Assembly (NCBI GenBank): GCA_003220315.1
Contig: QHSA01000130.1
Coordinates: 292 to 64,291, forward strand
Length of the DNA stretch: 64,000 bases
Origin: Candidatus Rokuibacteriota bacterium
GTDB lineage: Bacteria; Methylomirabilota; Methylomirabilia; Rokubacteriales; CSP1-6
Direction of reading: 5' to 3'
This document shows positions 31,522 to 42,657 of the stretch, one piece after another; the stretch's first letter is position 1; the number at the start of each line of letters is the position of its first letter. The position numbers and the translations under genes were made by a program. Under the pieces are notes generated by a model, which ran no database searches, was not told the origin of the DNA, and was given only the letters and a program-made list of their open reading frames with translations.

Positions 31522-32849
31522 GCGGGCGCACCCGTTTCCTCGGAGGCTCCACTCGGCTCTGACGCGGCGACGTGGGCCGCCACCCACTCGACGGCCGCGG
31601 CGTGGATCGCCTCGGCGCGGGAGCCGACCTCCGCGACGAGCCCGAGCTTCCCGGGTCCGGCCTTCACGATCGCCGCAGGCGAGCCGAGCCCCGCCGCGAC
31701 GAGCGGCTCGACGAGCTCCGCGCCGGCGAGCGCGGCGAGCGCGGCGCGGTCCACCTGCGGCAGGCCCTCGCTCGCCGTCCGCTCGGCTTCGACCTCCGCC
31801 TCGCTCTTGATGTCGATGCGCATGCCCGTGAGCTTGGCCGCGAGCCGCGCGTTCTGGCCCTTCTTGCCGATCGCCAGCGAGAGCTGGTTGTCGGGGACGA
31901 TGACGAGCGCCGACGGCTGACCGTCGGGCTCGCTCGGCTCCGTGATCACGACGGACGACACTTTCGCCGGCGACAGCGCGCGCGCGACGAATGTCGCCGG
32001 GTCGTGCGACCACTCGATGATGTCGATCTTCTCACCTCGCAGCTCCCGGCTGATGACCTGGATGCGGGTACCGCGCAACCCGACGCACGCGCCGATGGGA
32101 TCGACGTCCCGCTTGGTTGACGCGACCGCGACCTTGGCACGCTCGCCGGCCTCCCGCGCCGTGGCCTTCACCAGGACGATGCCCTCCTGGATCTCCGGGA
32201 TCTCCGTCTCGAAGAGACGCGCGAGATAGCCCGGGTGGGTCCGCGAGAGCGAGATCTGCGGGCCCTTGGCCGTGCGGCGCACCTCGAGGACGTAGGCGCG
32301 GATGCGATCGCCGGGGTTGTACCGCTCGCCCGGGATCTGCTCCCGCTCGGGCAGAATCGCCTCGGCCTTGCCGATCTCGAGGATCACGTTGCGCTTCTCG
32401 ATCCGGTGCACGACGCCGCGGAGGATCTGGCCCTCCTTGCCCGCGAACTCGGAGTAGATGCCCTCGCGTTCCGCGTCCCGGACCTTCTGCAGGATCACCT
32501 GTTTGGCCGTCTGGGCCGCGATCCGACCGAACTCCTGCGGCGGCCGCTCCTGCTCCAACTCGAGCTCGTCCCCCAGCTCGGCCTCCCGGTTGAGTGCCTT
32601 GGCGTCGGCCAGGCTGATCTCGAGCTTGTCGTCGGTCACTTCCTCGACGACCTTCTTACGGCAGTAGACGCGCAGGTCGCCACTCTTGCGGTCGATGTGC
32701 ATGCGCACGTTATCGGCCGGCCCCAGAGACTTCCGCGACGCCGACAGCAGGGCAGACTCCAGCGCCTCGAAGAGGATCTCTTTGTCGATCCCCTTCTCGC
32801 GCCCGATCTGCTCGATGACGCTGATCAGCTCTCGGTTCATCGATCCCAA
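31518..32849 (-). CDS. nusA: Transcription termination/antitermination factor NusA
   Basis: [25 protein letters not shown]...; S1 and KH domains plus a C-terminal extension. Confidence 0.95.
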   Translation of the reverse strand: MGSMNRELISVIEQIGREKGIDKEILFEALESALLSASRKSLGPADNVRMHIDRKSGDLRVYCRKKVVEEVTDDKLEISLADAKALNREAELGDELELEQERPPQEFGRIAAQTAKQVILQKVRDAEREGIYSEFAGKEGQILRGVVHRIEKRNVILEIGKAEAILPEREQIPGERYNPGDRIRAYVLEVRRTAKGPQISLSRTHPGYLARLFETEIPEIQEGIVLVKATAREAGERAKVAVASTKRDVDPIGACVGLRGTRIQVISRELRGEKIDIIEWSHDPATFVARALSPAKVSSVVITEPSEPDGQPSALVIVPDNQLSLAIGKKGQNARLAAKLTGMRIDIKSEAEVEAERTASEGLPQVDRAALAALAGAELVEPLVAAGLGSPAAIVKAGPGKLGLVAEVGSRAEAIHAAAVEWVAAHVAASEPSGASEETGAPA

Positions 32850-32864
32850 CGCCTGCCTGAGATT

Positions 32865-33332
32865 CTACGCCTTGCGCGGCCAGGGGACTTCCGCCTCCAG
32901 ACGGGCCTTCGTGACGCCGGTGCGCGGGAGGTCCACCCGCTCGCCGTCGTGCTCGAGCACGAGCTGGTCCGGCTCCACGGCCACGAGTCGGCCGCGCATC
33001 TCACGCCCGCCGGCGAGCCAGCAGCGCACGCGCTTGCCGACCGCCCAGCGGAACTCGCGCTCCTTGTGGAGGACGCGATCCAGCCCGGGGGAGGACACTT
33101 CGAAATCGTAGGACCCTTCGACGATCGCGGCCGCGTCGAGCACGTCCCCGATCTCCCGGCTGAGCCGTTCGCAGTCCCCGATCCCGACACCGCCGGGCTT
33201 GTCGACGAAGAGACGCAGAACCCCGCGCGGACGGAGCGGGCGCCACTCGATGTCGACCAGCTCGAGCCCGTGGTCACGCAGGACCGGCATCACGACCTCC
33301 TCGATCTGGTCGGCCTGTACCGCGTCGTCCAT
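32865..33332 (-). CDS. rimP: Ribosome maturation factor RimP
   Basis: VEEVVMPVLRDHGLELVDIEW... Confidence 0.9.
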   Translation of the reverse strand: MDDAVQADQIEEVVMPVLRDHGLELVDIEWRPLRPRGVLRLFVDKPGGVGIGDCERLSREIGDVLDAAAIVEGSYDFEVSSPGLDRVLHKEREFRWAVGKRVRCWLAGGREMRGRLVAVEPDQLVLEHDGERVDLPRTGVTKARLEAEVPWPRKA

Positions 33333-33361
33333 CGGGCGTTCCCCTTGCCCGTCGCTAAACT

Positions 33362-33388
33362 AAAAAAAGCGGGCAACGCCCACTTTTT
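33362..33388. terminator. Bidirectional intrinsic terminator (A7-gcgggcaacgccc-ac-T5) between proS and rimP
   Basis: A GC stem flanked by an A-run and a T-run; on the minus strand it gives a hairpin followed by TTTTTTT after proS. Confidence 0.5.
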
Positions 33389-33443
33389 CAGGAATTTAGC
33401 ACGTCTCGAGGGCCGAGGCAAGGCTGGTCGAGGCCCGGCCGGC

Positions 33444-35138
33444 CTATCGCCGGGCTTCGGCGGCCTGGATCGCGCGGATGGCGTCGACGACTTTGTCCTT
33501 GGGGACGCGGCTCTCCTGGCGCGTCTTGCGGGAGCGGACCTCGACCAGGCCCTCCTTCACGAAGGCGTTGCCGATCGTGACGCGCACGGGCAGGCCGAGG
33601 AGATCGGCGTCCTTGAACTTCACCCCGGGCCGCTCGTCGCGGTCGTCCAGCATCGCCTCGAGACCCTGCGCCCAGCACGCATCGTGGATCGCCTCGGCGG
33701 CATCTCGCTGGGCCTGGTCTTTGACGCTCACGCAGACGATGTACGCGTGCAGCGGCGCGATCGGCCACGGCCAGACGATCCCGTCCCCGTCGGCGAGCTG
33801 CTCGATCGCGGCGGCGGCGATCCGGGCCGGACCGATGCCGTAGCTCCCCATGACGATCGGCTGCTCGCGCCCCGACTCGTCGAGATACGTCGCCCCGAGC
33901 GCCGCCGAGTACTTCGTGCCGAGCTTGAAGATGTTGCCGATCTCGATGACCTTCTCGACGCCGAGTGGCTTGCCGCACTCGACGCACGCCTCGCCGGCGG
34001 TGACGGCGTGGAGGTCGGCGAACCGGCAGTCGAAGTCACGGCCGGGGCTGACGCCGCGCAGGTGGAACCCCTCGCGGTTCGCGCCGACGACGTAGACGCC
34101 GCCCTTGAGATGCTCGTCGGCGAGCACCGGCACCCGGCCGCCGACCGGGCCGACCGACCCTGCCGGCGCGCCCAGGTGCTGGCGGACCTCGTCGGGGTGC
34201 GCCGGGCGGACCTCTTCGCCGAGGGCGCGGGCGAGCTTCCGTTCGTGGAGCGCGTGGTCGCCGCGGACCAGCACGAGCACGGGCCCGGAGCTCTGCCCGA
34301 TATAGAGAAGCGACTTGAGCGTGAGGCGCGGATCGATCGCCAGGAGCCGCGAGACCTCGGCGATCGTGCGCGCGCCTGGCGTCGCCACCTCCTCACGCGC
34401 CCAGGCAGGGAACGGCGGCGACGCCGGGACCCCGCGGGCGATCTCGATGTTCGCGGCGTACCCGCAGCCCTCACAGATGGCGATCTCGTCCTCACCCGCC
34501 GCAGCCGGCGCCATGAACTCGTGGGAGCCGAGGCCGCCCATCATGCCCGTGTCGGATTGTACGACCCAGTAGCGGAGCCCGCAGCGGTCGAAGATTCGCC
34601 GATAGGCGCGCTCGTGGGCCGCGTACGAGCGGTCGAGCGCGGCGACGTCGGGGTCGAGGGTGTAGGCGTCCTTCATGAGGAACTCGCGCGTGCGCAGCAC
34701 GCCGGACCGCGGACGCGCCTCGTCGCGCTCCTTGGTCTGGATCTGGTACCAGATCTGCGGCAGGTCGCGGTAGGAGCGGATCTCGCGCGCGGCGAGCCAC
34801 GCGACGACTTCCTCGTGCGTCATCCCGAGGCACAGGTCGCGTCCGTAGCGATCCCGCAACTTGAACATCTCCGGGATGCCCCAGCGGCCCGACTGCTTCC
34901 AGATGTCGGCCGGATGGATCACGGGCATCGTGATCTCCTGCCCGCCGATCGCGTTCATCTCCTCGCGGATGATCGCGTTGACCTTGTCGAGGACGCGCTG
35001 CCCGAGCGGCAGGAACACGTAGACGCCGGCGGCGAGCTGACGCACGAGGCCGGCGCGAAGCATGAGCTTGTGGCTCAGCGCTTCGGCGTCGGCGGGATCC
35101 TCCCGGAGGGTGGGAACGAGGGACTGCGAGCGGCGCAC
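33444..35138 (-). CDS. proS: Proline-tRNA ligase
   Basis: GTG start V-RRSQSLVPTLREDPADAE (canonical ProRS N-terminus); trimmed from the 33444..35444 ORF. Confidence 0.9.
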   Translation of the reverse strand: MRRSQSLVPTLREDPADAEALSHKLMLRAGLVRQLAAGVYVFLPLGQRVLDKVNAIIREEMNAIGGQEITMPVIHPADIWKQSGRWGIPEMFKLRDRYGRDLCLGMTHEEVVAWLAAREIRSYRDLPQIWYQIQTKERDEARPRSGVLRTREFLMKDAYTLDPDVAALDRSYAAHERAYRRIFDRCGLRYWVVQSDTGMMGGLGSHEFMAPAAAGEDEIAICEGCGYAANIEIARGVPASPPFPAWAREEVATPGARTIAEVSRLLAIDPRLTLKSLLYIGQSSGPVLVLVRGDHALHERKLARALGEEVRPAHPDEVRQHLGAPAGSVGPVGGRVPVLADEHLKGGVYVVGANREGFHLRGVSPGRDFDCRFADLHAVTAGEACVECGKPLGVEKVIEIGNIFKLGTKYSAALGATYLDESGREQPIVMGSYGIGPARIAAAAIEQLADGDGIVWPWPIAPLHAYIVCVSVKDQAQRDAAEAIHDACWAQGLEAMLDDRDERPGVKFKDADLLGLPVRVTIGNAFVKEGLVEVRSRKTRQESRVPKDKVVDAIRAIQAAEARR

Positions 35139-35140
35139 GG

Positions 35141-35473
35141 CTACTTCGCGCCCTTCTTCTTGTTGGCCCCTCCGACGCCGGGCGCGTACTGGAGGCGCGC
35201 CACGGGCTTCCCGGCGACGATGTGCGACTCGAAGATGTCCCGGAGGTCGCTCTCCTGGACGCCGCAGTACCAGACGTTGTCGGGATACACGACCATCATC
35301 GGGCCGTGCCCGCACTGCGAGAAGCAGCCGGCCTTGTTGATCCGGACGTCGTCCTTGAGGCCGGCCTTCGCCGCCTCGCCGCGAAGGTACTTCACGAACC
35401 CCTCGACGTCGCCCTGGGTCGGGCAGGTATCGCCCCCGGTGCACACGAAGACGTGGACGCGGTACTGACCCAT
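35141..35473 (-). CDS. Thioredoxin-like [2Fe-2S] ferredoxin, translationally coupled to ispG
   Basis: MGQYRVHVFVCTGGDTCPTQG...CFSQCGHGPMMVVYP (four Cys in CxxxxC...CxxxC spacing); ATG overlaps the ispG stop (TGATG). Confidence 0.75.
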   Translation of the reverse strand: MGQYRVHVFVCTGGDTCPTQGDVEGFVKYLRGEAAKAGLKDDVRINKAGCFSQCGHGPMMVVYPDNVWYCGVQESDLRDIFESHIVAGKPVARLQYAPGVGGANKKKGAK

Positions 35474-36570
35474 CAGTCGTCGGCCGGTGCCGTCGCTCGC
35501 GCGGCCTTCCGCTCGGCGACGAATCGGTCGACCTCCTCGCGCATCGCCTTCACGATATCCTTCTCGGCGACCTTGCGGATGACCTCGCCGTTCTTGAAGA
35601 TGAGGCCGATCCCCCGCCCGCCCGCCACGCCGATGTCGGCCGCGCGCGCTTCGCCGGGGCCGTTGACTTCGCATCCCATGACCGCGATGTGGATCTCCTC
35701 GTTCAGCCCACGGAACTCGTCCTCGACCTCCTTCGCGAGCTTGACGAGATCGACGTCGGCGCGGCCGCACGAGGGGCACGAGACGAAGGTGAGGCCGCCC
35801 TTCCGGAGGCCAAGCGATTTCAAGATGTCGATCCCGACCCGAACTTCTTCGGTCGGATCCGCGGAGAGCGAGACACGGATCGTGTCGCCGATGCCCTCGG
35901 AGAGGAGCGCCCCGAGGCCAACCGCCGACTTGATCGTCCCGACGCCGGGCGTGCCCGCCTCGGTCACGCCCAGGTGGAACGGGTAGTCGACCTGGTCGGC
36001 GAGCATCCGGTACGCCTCGATCATCATGCGCGGGTCGGAGGCCTTCAGCGAGATCTTCATCGCCTGGTACCCACAGTCCTCGAGGATCCGGATGTGTCGC
36101 AACGCGGATTCCACCATTCCTTCGGGCGTGGGGCCACTGTATTTGGCGAGGAGGTCCTTTTCGAGAGAACCCGCGTTGACCCCGATCCGCACGGGAATTT
36201 GCTTTTCCTTGGCGACGTTCACGACCTCCTGCACGAAGGGCTTGCCGCCGATGTTTCCGGGGTTGAGGCGCAGGCCGTCGACGCCCTGCTCGAGCGCGAT
36301 GAGCGCCAGCTTGTAGTTGAAGTGGATGTCGGCCACGAGGGGAATGCGGATCTGCCGCTTGATCTCGCCGAGCTTCTCGGCCGCCTCGCGGACGGGCACC
36401 GCGCACCGCACGATGTCGCAGCCGGCCGCTTCGAGCGCCCAGATCTCGAGCAGCGTCGCCTGGACGTCGCGCGTGTCGGTCTTCGTCATCGATTGCACGG
36501 TGAGCGGCGCGTCGCCGCCAATCTCCACGCCGCCCAACCGGATCTGTCGCGTCTTCCGCCGTGTGATCAT
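35473..36570 (-). CDS. ispG: 4-hydroxy-3-methylbut-2-enyl diphosphate synthase
   Basis: MITRRKTRQIRLGGVEIGGDAPLTVQSMTKTDT... Confidence 0.95.
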   Translation of the reverse strand: MITRRKTRQIRLGGVEIGGDAPLTVQSMTKTDTRDVQATLLEIWALEAAGCDIVRCAVPVREAAEKLGEIKRQIRIPLVADIHFNYKLALIALEQGVDGLRLNPGNIGGKPFVQEVVNVAKEKQIPVRIGVNAGSLEKDLLAKYSGPTPEGMVESALRHIRILEDCGYQAMKISLKASDPRMMIEAYRMLADQVDYPFHLGVTEAGTPGVGTIKSAVGLGALLSEGIGDTIRVSLSADPTEEVRVGIDILKSLGLRKGGLTFVSCPSCGRADVDLVKLAKEVEDEFRGLNEEIHIAVMGCEVNGPGEARAADIGVAGGRGIGLIFKNGEVIRKVAEKDIVKAMREEVDRFVAERKAARATAPADD

Positions 36571-36579
36571 GGAGTCGTC

Positions 36580-37947
36580 CTATTTGAACATTCGAAACGC
36601 ATCGATCCTCACCAGGTCATTGTAGAGCGCGTAGACCATGAGGAGCATCAGCAAAACGAACCCGAGCTGTTGCGCCGCTTCGCGCTTCTTGAGCGACAGC
36701 GGCCGCCCCATGACCGCTTCGATGACGAAGAAGAAGAGGTGCCCGCCGTCGAGCATCGGCACCGGCAGGAGGTTCAGCAGCGCCAGGTTCACGCTGATGA
36801 TCGCCGTGAACACCGCGAGCGAGGCGACGCCCTCTTTCGCCTGGCGCCCGGCCTCGGCCGCGATCTGGATCGGGCCGCCGATGTTCGAGGAGTCGATCTG
36901 CCGCGAGACGATCTTCCAGAGGCCCTTGGCCGTGAGCAGGGTCATGTCCCACGTCCTGACCCAGCCGTACGCGGCCGCGACGAGCGGGTGATAGGGCTCG
37001 TAACGCACGACGCGCGTCACGATGCCGACCCCGATGCGCCCGACCTCGACCTCCTGCCCGCTGGGCCCTTTCTCCCTGACGGCGGTGGCCGTGACGGTCA
37101 GCGTCTCGGGCTTGCCGTCGCGTTCCGCGACGATGTCGAACGTCTGGCCGCCACGCTTCTGGATCGCCTGCATGAGCTCGTCGGGCGTGAACACCGCCTG
37201 GCCCGCGACCGCCAGGACCCAGTCCCCGACGCGCAGGCCCGCCGTCTCGGCGGGCGAGCCCGGGTTCACGGCGCCGATCTGCGGGGTGAGCTTCGGCCCC
37301 ACGCCGAGCTCCCACGCGTCCTTCGGGTCCCGGAAGATCGGGTCGCGCACGGTCGTTCGCCGCGGCGTCACGCTGAACGTGCGCTCGGCCCCGCCGCGTC
37401 TGACCGTGAGCACGAGCGTCCGTCCGTCCGACCCGGCGACCGCGCGGTCGAGGTCCTCCCAATAGCCGATCGGGCGCCCGTCCACGCGCGTCACGACGTC
37501 GTCGGTCAGGAGGCCCGCCGCGGCCGCGGGGCTCCCGTCGGTGACCCGGCCGACGACCGGCGGCCACACCGGCCGTCCGATGGTCGCGAGCACGACCCCG
37601 AAGATGAGCGCGGCGAGGACAAAATTCATCCCGGGGCCAGCGAAGACGATCAGGAACCGCACCGGGAGCGGCTTGAGCGCGAACGACTTCGCCGGGTCGA
37701 AGGGCACGGCCCCGCCGCCGCCCTCGAGCGGGTTCTCCTCGCCCATCATCTTGACGTAGCCGCCCATCGGGACTGCGGAGAGACAGTACTCGGTCTCCTT
37801 CCCGCGCCAGCGCACGAGCACCGGGCCGAACCCGATCGAGAAGCGCTCGACCCCGACCCCGGTGAGGCGCGCGACGATGAAGTGCCCGAGCTCGTGGATC
37901 AGGATCAGGATGCCGATGACAACGAGGAACGAGACGAGCGTCGTCAC
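36580..37947 (-). CDS. rseP: RIP zinc metalloprotease RseP (site-2 protease)
   Basis: HELGHF zinc motif, PDZ domain, LDGG motif; GTG start overlapping the dxr stop. The 853-aa track ORF is a read-through of dxr in another register. Confidence 0.9.
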   Translation of the reverse strand: MTTLVSFLVVIGILILIHELGHFIVARLTGVGVERFSIGFGPVLVRWRGKETEYCLSAVPMGGYVKMMGEENPLEGGGGAVPFDPAKSFALKPLPVRFLIVFAGPGMNFVLAALIFGVVLATIGRPVWPPVVGRVTDGSPAAAAGLLTDDVVTRVDGRPIGYWEDLDRAVAGSDGRTLVLTVRRGGAERTFSVTPRRTTVRDPIFRDPKDAWELGVGPKLTPQIGAVNPGSPAETAGLRVGDWVLAVAGQAVFTPDELMQAIQKRGGQTFDIVAERDGKPETLTVTATAVREKGPSGQEVEVGRIGVGIVTRVVRYEPYHPLVAAAYGWVRTWDMTLLTAKGLWKIVSRQIDSSNIGGPIQIAAEAGRQAKEGVASLAVFTAIISVNLALLNLLPVPMLDGGHLFFFVIEAVMGRPLSLKKREAAQQLGFVLLMLLMVYALYNDLVRIDAFRMFK

Positions 37948-39119
37948 GCGGAAGGGCCTCCGCTGCGCGCGTCGATCCTCCGCCCGACCCGCAGCCGGGT
38001 CTCGGCGTCGACCGCCACGCACTCCTCGAGCGAGCGCACGGCGACGGCGCTGGCGGCGTCGAGCGCCCACTCGATCAGCTGAGCGATCTCCGTGAATCCG
38101 ATGCGCCGATCGAGGAAGGCCGCGACCGCGATCTCGTTCGCCGCGTTGAGCACGACCGGTGCGGCCCCGCCGCGCTCGAGCGCCCCGCGCGCCAGCCCAA
38201 GGCAGGGGAACTTGTCCGCGTCGGGCTCGTAGAACGTCAGCTGCCCCGCCCGCGTGAGATCGAGCCGGGCGGCCGGCGTCGGCCGCCGCTCGGGATACGT
38301 GAGGGCGTAGAGGATCGGCACCGCCATGTCGGCGACACCGAGCTGGGCGAGGACCGACCCGTCCACGTACTCCACCATCGAGTGCACGATCGACTGCGGA
38401 TGGACCACGACCTGCACCTGGTCCGGGCGCACGTCGAACAGCCACCGCGCCTCGATGATCTCGAGCCCCTTGTTCATGAGCGTTGCCGAGTCGATCGTGA
38501 TCTTCGCGCCCATCTTCCACGTGGGATGCTTGAGCGCGTCCTCGACGGTCATCGCCGCCAGGTCGGCCCTCGGCGTCTCGCGGAACGGTCCGCCGGACGC
38601 GGTCAGCACGATCCGGTGGACGTCGGCGCGGTTGTGGCCCGCCAGGCACTGAAAGACCGCGCTGTGCTCGGAGTCGACGGGCAGGAGCCTCACCCCACGC
38701 GCTCGCGCGGCGGCCGTCATCAGGCTCCCCGCCATCACGAGCGTTTCCTTGTTGGCGAGCGCGACGGTCCGTCCCGCGAGGATCGCGGCCATCGTCGGCA
38801 GGAGCCCGGCGCCGCCGACGAGCGCCGAGACGACGACGTCGGCGTCGACGTCGCGCGCCAGGGCCACGAGGCCGTCCGGCCCGCTGAGGAGCTCCGGCCG
38901 CGGGGCCGGCAAGAGCCGCGCCAGCTGATCGAGCGCCCCGGCGTCGAGAAGCGCGACGGCGCGGGGCGAGTACTTCCGGCACAGATCGGCGATGCGCTCG
39001 ACGTTGGATCCTCGCGCCGCGAGCCCGGCCACCTCGAACTCCTCGGAGAAGCTCGAGACTAGATCGAGTGTCCGAAGACCGATGGAGCCGGTCGCGCCGA
39101 GCAACGTGATCCGTTTCAT
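37944..39119 (-). CDS. dxr: 1-deoxy-D-xylulose 5-phosphate reductoisomerase
   Basis: MKRITLLGATGSIG... Confidence 0.95.
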   Translation of the reverse strand: MKRITLLGATGSIGLRTLDLVSSFSEEFEVAGLAARGSNVERIADLCRKYSPRAVALLDAGALDQLARLLPAPRPELLSGPDGLVALARDVDADVVVSALVGGAGLLPTMAAILAGRTVALANKETLVMAGSLMTAAARARGVRLLPVDSEHSAVFQCLAGHNRADVHRIVLTASGGPFRETPRADLAAMTVEDALKHPTWKMGAKITIDSATLMNKGLEIIEARWLFDVRPDQVQVVVHPQSIVHSMVEYVDGSVLAQLGVADMAVPILYALTYPERRPTPAARLDLTRAGQLTFYEPDADKFPCLGLARGALERGGAAPVVLNAANEIAVAAFLDRRIGFTEIAQLIEWALDAASAVAVRSLEECVAVDAETRLRVGRRIDARSGGPSA

Positions 39120-39913
39120 GCCCGCCCCCGTTCCACCCCACCGAACCGGCGAGTCCGCCGCTGGAATTCGGCGATCGCGCGGTAGAGGTCGGCGACGGCG
39201 AAGTCCGGCCAGAGGGTCGGCGTGATCCACAGCTCCGTGTAGGCGATCTGCCACAGGAGGAAATTCGACACCCGCATTTCGCCGCTCGTCCGAATCAGGA
39301 GGTCGGGGTCCGGCACGTCGGCGGTGTACAGGGCACGCTGGATCTCCTTCTCCCCGATCTCCTCGGGCTGGAGCTCCCCCGCCTGGACCTCCCGCGCGAG
39401 GGCGCGGCAGGCGTCGATGAGCTCGTCGCGCCCGCCGTAGTTGAAGGCCATCATGAGGGTGAGGCCCGCGTTGTCGCGCGTCGCCTGGACGACGTGGTCG
39501 ATCCCCCGCCGCACCTGGACCGGCACACCGTGCGGGCGGCCGAGCACGCGGAGACGCACGTTGCGTCGCATGAGCTCGGGAAGCTCCGAGCGGATCGCCC
39601 GTTCGAGCAGGCTCAGGAGGGTCGACACTTCACCCTCCGGCCGGCTCCAGTTCTCGGACGAGAACGCGTAGAGCGTCAGGTAGCGCAGGCCGAGCGCGTC
39701 CGCGGCGCGGACGATCGTGCGCGCCGCCTTCACGCCTTCCCGGTGGCCCGCGACGCGCGGCAGGCCTCGCCGCGTCGCCCAACGACCGTTGCCGTCCATG
39801 ATGATCGCGACATGCTCGGGCCGCGGCTGGCCACGCACGACCGCGAGCAGCTCGGCCTCGCCGAGCCCGGCGAGCTCCACCTGCGCCCCGACGCCCACGG
39901 GTTCTAACGCCAT
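39116..39913 (-). CDS. uppS: Undecaprenyl diphosphate synthase
   Basis: HVAIIMDGNGRWA... Confidence 0.95.
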   Translation of the reverse strand: MALEPVGVGAQVELAGLGEAELLAVVRGQPRPEHVAIIMDGNGRWATRRGLPRVAGHREGVKAARTIVRAADALGLRYLTLYAFSSENWSRPEGEVSTLLSLLERAIRSELPELMRRNVRLRVLGRPHGVPVQVRRGIDHVVQATRDNAGLTLMMAFNYGGRDELIDACRALAREVQAGELQPEEIGEKEIQRALYTADVPDPDLLIRTSGEMRVSNFLLWQIAYTELWITPTLWPDFAVADLYRAIAEFQRRTRRFGGVERGRA

Positions 39914-39936
39914 GCGACGGTCATCTCACACACGGG

Positions 39937-40491
39937 CTAGAAGGACAAAATTTCCTGCTCCTTCTTCTTCAGGAGCTCGTCCACCTTCGCGATGTATTTG
40001 TCGGTGGTCTTCTGGATCTGGTCGTGACCACGGCGCTCCTCGTCCTCGGAGATCTTCTTGTCGCGCGCCATCGCCTTGAGCTTGTCGTTCGCCTCGCGCC
40101 GGATGTTCCGGATCGCGACACGGGCTTCCTCGGCGTGCTTGGCGACCGTTTTCGCGAGCTGCTTCCGGCGCTCCTCGGTCGGGGGTGGGATCGTGAGCCG
40201 GATCACCTTTCCGTCGTTGATCGGCGTGAGCCCGAGGTCCGACGCCATGATGGCCTTCTCGATCGCCTTGAGCTGGCTCGCTTCCCACGGCTGGATCGTG
40301 AGCGTGCGGGCGTCCGGCACCGAGATGGACGCCATCTGGTTGAGCGGGGTCGGCGTGCCGTAGTAGTCCACGCGGATCGCGTCCAGCAGCCCCGTCGAGG
40401 CGCGCCCCGTCCGCACCGTAGCGAACTCGCGCCCGAGCGCCTCGAGCGCGGCGCCCATCCTGGACTCCGCATCTTTCAGCACCGTCTGCAT
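39937..40491 (-). CDS. frr: Ribosome recycling factor
   Basis: [19 protein letters not shown]... Confidence 0.95.
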   Translation of the reverse strand: MQTVLKDAESRMGAALEALGREFATVRTGRASTGLLDAIRVDYYGTPTPLNQMASISVPDARTLTIQPWEASQLKAIEKAIMASDLGLTPINDGKVIRLTIPPPTEERRKQLAKTVAKHAEEARVAIRNIRREANDKLKAMARDKKISEDEERRGHDQIQKTTDKYIAKVDELLKKKEQEILSF

Positions 40492-40494
40492 GCC

Positions 40495-41235
40495 TCACCC
40501 TCCAGACGACACGATCGAGCCGACCGGCTCGCCGAGCACGATCCGCTTGATGTTCCCGGACCGGGTCAGATCGAAGACGATGATCGGTAGCTTATTGTCC
40601 ATGCAGAGCGAGATCGCGGCCGAGTCCATCACCTGGAGCCCCCGGTTCAGAACGTCGATGTAGGTCACGCGGGCCAGCCGCTGGGCCTGCGCGTCGCGCT
40701 GCGGGTCGGCCGAGTAGATGCCGTCGACCTTCGTCGCCTTGATGATCGCGTCGGCGCCGATCTCGACCGCGCGGAGCGCGCCGGCGGTGTCGGTCGTGAA
40801 GAAGGGGTTGCCGGTGCCCGCGGCGAAGATGACGATCCGGCCCTTCTCGAGGTGCCGAATGGCGCGCCGGCGGATGTACGGCTCCGCCACGGCGCGCATC
40901 TCGATGGCGGAGAGCACGCGCGTCTGCAGGCCGGCCTTCTCGAGCGCGTCCTGCAGCGCGAGCGCGTTGATCACCGTCGCGAGCATGCCCATGTAGTCGG
41001 CGGTCGCGCGGTCCATGCCGCCGGCGCTCGCCGCGAGACCGCGGAAGATGTTGCCCCCGCCGATGACGATCGCGACCTGGACGCCGAGCGTCGTGACGTC
41101 GCGCATCTCGGCGGCCATCCGCGCGAGCACCTGCGGATCGATCCCGTAGCCCTGGCTGCCGGCGAGCGCTTCCCCCGACAGCTTCAGGACGATACGGCGG
41201 TACGCCGGGCGCGCGGCCCCTGCACCCGCCGTCAT
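40495..41235 (-). CDS. pyrH: UMP kinase
   Basis: [14 protein letters not shown]...; trimmed from the 40495..41379 ORF. Confidence 0.95.
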   Translation of the reverse strand: MTAGAGAARPAYRRIVLKLSGEALAGSQGYGIDPQVLARMAAEMRDVTTLGVQVAIVIGGGNIFRGLAASAGGMDRATADYMGMLATVINALALQDALEKAGLQTRVLSAIEMRAVAEPYIRRRAIRHLEKGRIVIFAAGTGNPFFTTDTAGALRAVEIGADAIIKATKVDGIYSADPQRDAQAQRLARVTYIDVLNRGLQVMDSAAISLCMDNKLPIIVFDLTRSGNIKRIVLGEPVGSIVSSGG

Positions 41236-41237
41236 CC

Positions 41238-41846
41238 CTACCCCGCCTCGCCGACCAGGAACCGCGCGAAGCGTTTGACGACGACGCGCTCTCCCGTCTT
41301 GGCGTTCACGCCGTCGACGAGATCCCGGACCCGCGTCTTGCCCGACGCGTCCTTGACGAAGGGCTGCTCGAGCAGGCACTGCTCGCCGAAGAACTTCTCG
41401 AGCTTGCCCTCGACGATCTTGTCGATGATCTGCGGCGGCTTCTTCTGATCGGCGAGCTGGGCCCGGTAGACCTCGCGCTCCCGCTCGACGACCGCCGGGG
41501 GCACGTCCTCGCGCGCGACGTAGGCGGGGTTCGCCGCGGCGATCTGCATCAAGAGGTCCTTGGCGAGCGCCTGGAACGCGTCGGTTTTCGCGACGAAGTC
41601 CGTCTCGCAGTTGACCTCGACGAGCACGCCGAGCTTGGCGCCTAGGGGGTGGATGTAGGCCGCGACGACACCCTCCTTCGCCTCCCGGTGCGCGCGCTTC
41701 GCCGCCTGCGCGAGCCCTTTCTTCCGGAGGTATTCGAACGCTGATTCTAGATTTCCCCGCGCCGCCTCGAGGGCCTCTTTGCAGTCCATCACCCCCGCCC
41801 CCGTCCGGTCACGGAGCTCCTTCACGAGCTGGGCGCTCGACGCCAT
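41238..41846 (-). CDS. tsf: Elongation factor Ts
   Basis: [20 protein letters not shown]... Confidence 0.95.
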   Translation of the reverse strand: MASSAQLVKELRDRTGAGVMDCKEALEAARGNLESAFEYLRKKGLAQAAKRAHREAKEGVVAAYIHPLGAKLGVLVEVNCETDFVAKTDAFQALAKDLLMQIAAANPAYVAREDVPPAVVEREREVYRAQLADQKKPPQIIDKIVEGKLEKFFGEQCLLEQPFVKDASGKTRVRDLVDGVNAKTGERVVVKRFARFLVGEAG

Positions 41847-41848
41847 CG

Positions 41849-42619
41849 CTAACCCTCCGCCTCGACCCCAGCCACCTCGGCGGGTTCCGCGGCCGTCTCG
41901 GCCCCTTCGGCCGCCGCCCCCGTCTCGTCTTTGGCCAGGGTGCCCCGCCCCTCGTTGATTGCGTCCGCGATGCGCGCGGTGATCAGCCGCACGGCACGGA
42001 TCGCGTCGTCGTTCCCCGGGATCGGGTAGTCGATCCCGGACGGGTCGCAGTTGGTGTCGACGATGGCGACGATCGGGATGCCGAGCCGCTGCGCCTCCGC
42101 CACCGCGATCTTCTCCTTGCGGGGGTCGATGATGAAGACGGTCGAGGGCAGCTGCTCCATCGCCTTGATGCCGACGAGCGCCTTCTCGAGCTTCTCTCGC
42201 TCGCGGTCGAGCTCGAGCGCCTCCTTCTTCGGCACTCGCTCAAACTCGCCCGTCTCCTTCATCTCCTCGAGCTTCTTGAGTCGGGCGATCGACTTGCGGA
42301 TCGTCGCGAAGTTCGTCAGCGTGCCGCCCAGCCAGCGCTGGTTCACGTAGAACATGCCGCACCGGGTCGCCTCCTCGAAGACCGTCTCCTGCGCCTGCTT
42401 CTTGGTGCCGACGAAGAGCACGGTGCCGCCGCCGGCGGCCAGGTCGCGGACGAACGCGTAGGCCTCGCGGAACTTCTTGAGCGTCTTTTGTAGATCGATG
42501 ATGTAGATGCCGTTGCGCTCCCCGAAGATGTACTTCTGCATCTTCGGGTTCCATCGCTTGGTCTGGTGGCCGAAGTGTACTCCGGCCTCCAGCAGCTCCT
42601 TCATCGTCAGCGTCGCCAT
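41849..42619 (-). CDS. rpsB: 30S ribosomal protein S2
   Basis: [22 protein letters not shown]... Confidence 0.95.
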   Translation of the reverse strand: MATLTMKELLEAGVHFGHQTKRWNPKMQKYIFGERNGIYIIDLQKTLKKFREAYAFVRDLAAGGGTVLFVGTKKQAQETVFEEATRCGMFYVNQRWLGGTLTNFATIRKSIARLKKLEEMKETGEFERVPKKEALELDREREKLEKALVGIKAMEQLPSTVFIIDPRKEKIAVAEAQRLGIPIVAIVDTNCDPSGIDYPIPGNDDAIRAVRLITARIADAINEGRGTLAKDETGAAAEGAETAAEPAEVAGVEAEG

Positions 42620-42657
42620 GCCTCCTCCTTCGGTTTGCCTCCGCCGCGCTTTGTAGG

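Noticed and set aside
36580-39141. 853-aa ORF spanning rseP and dxr, and the overlapping 316-aa ORF 36617..37567
   Set aside because: The long ORF is an out-of-frame read-through of dxr fused to rseP; the true rseP starts at the GTG overlapping the dxr stop. The 316-aa ORF is an alternative-frame artefact within rseP.
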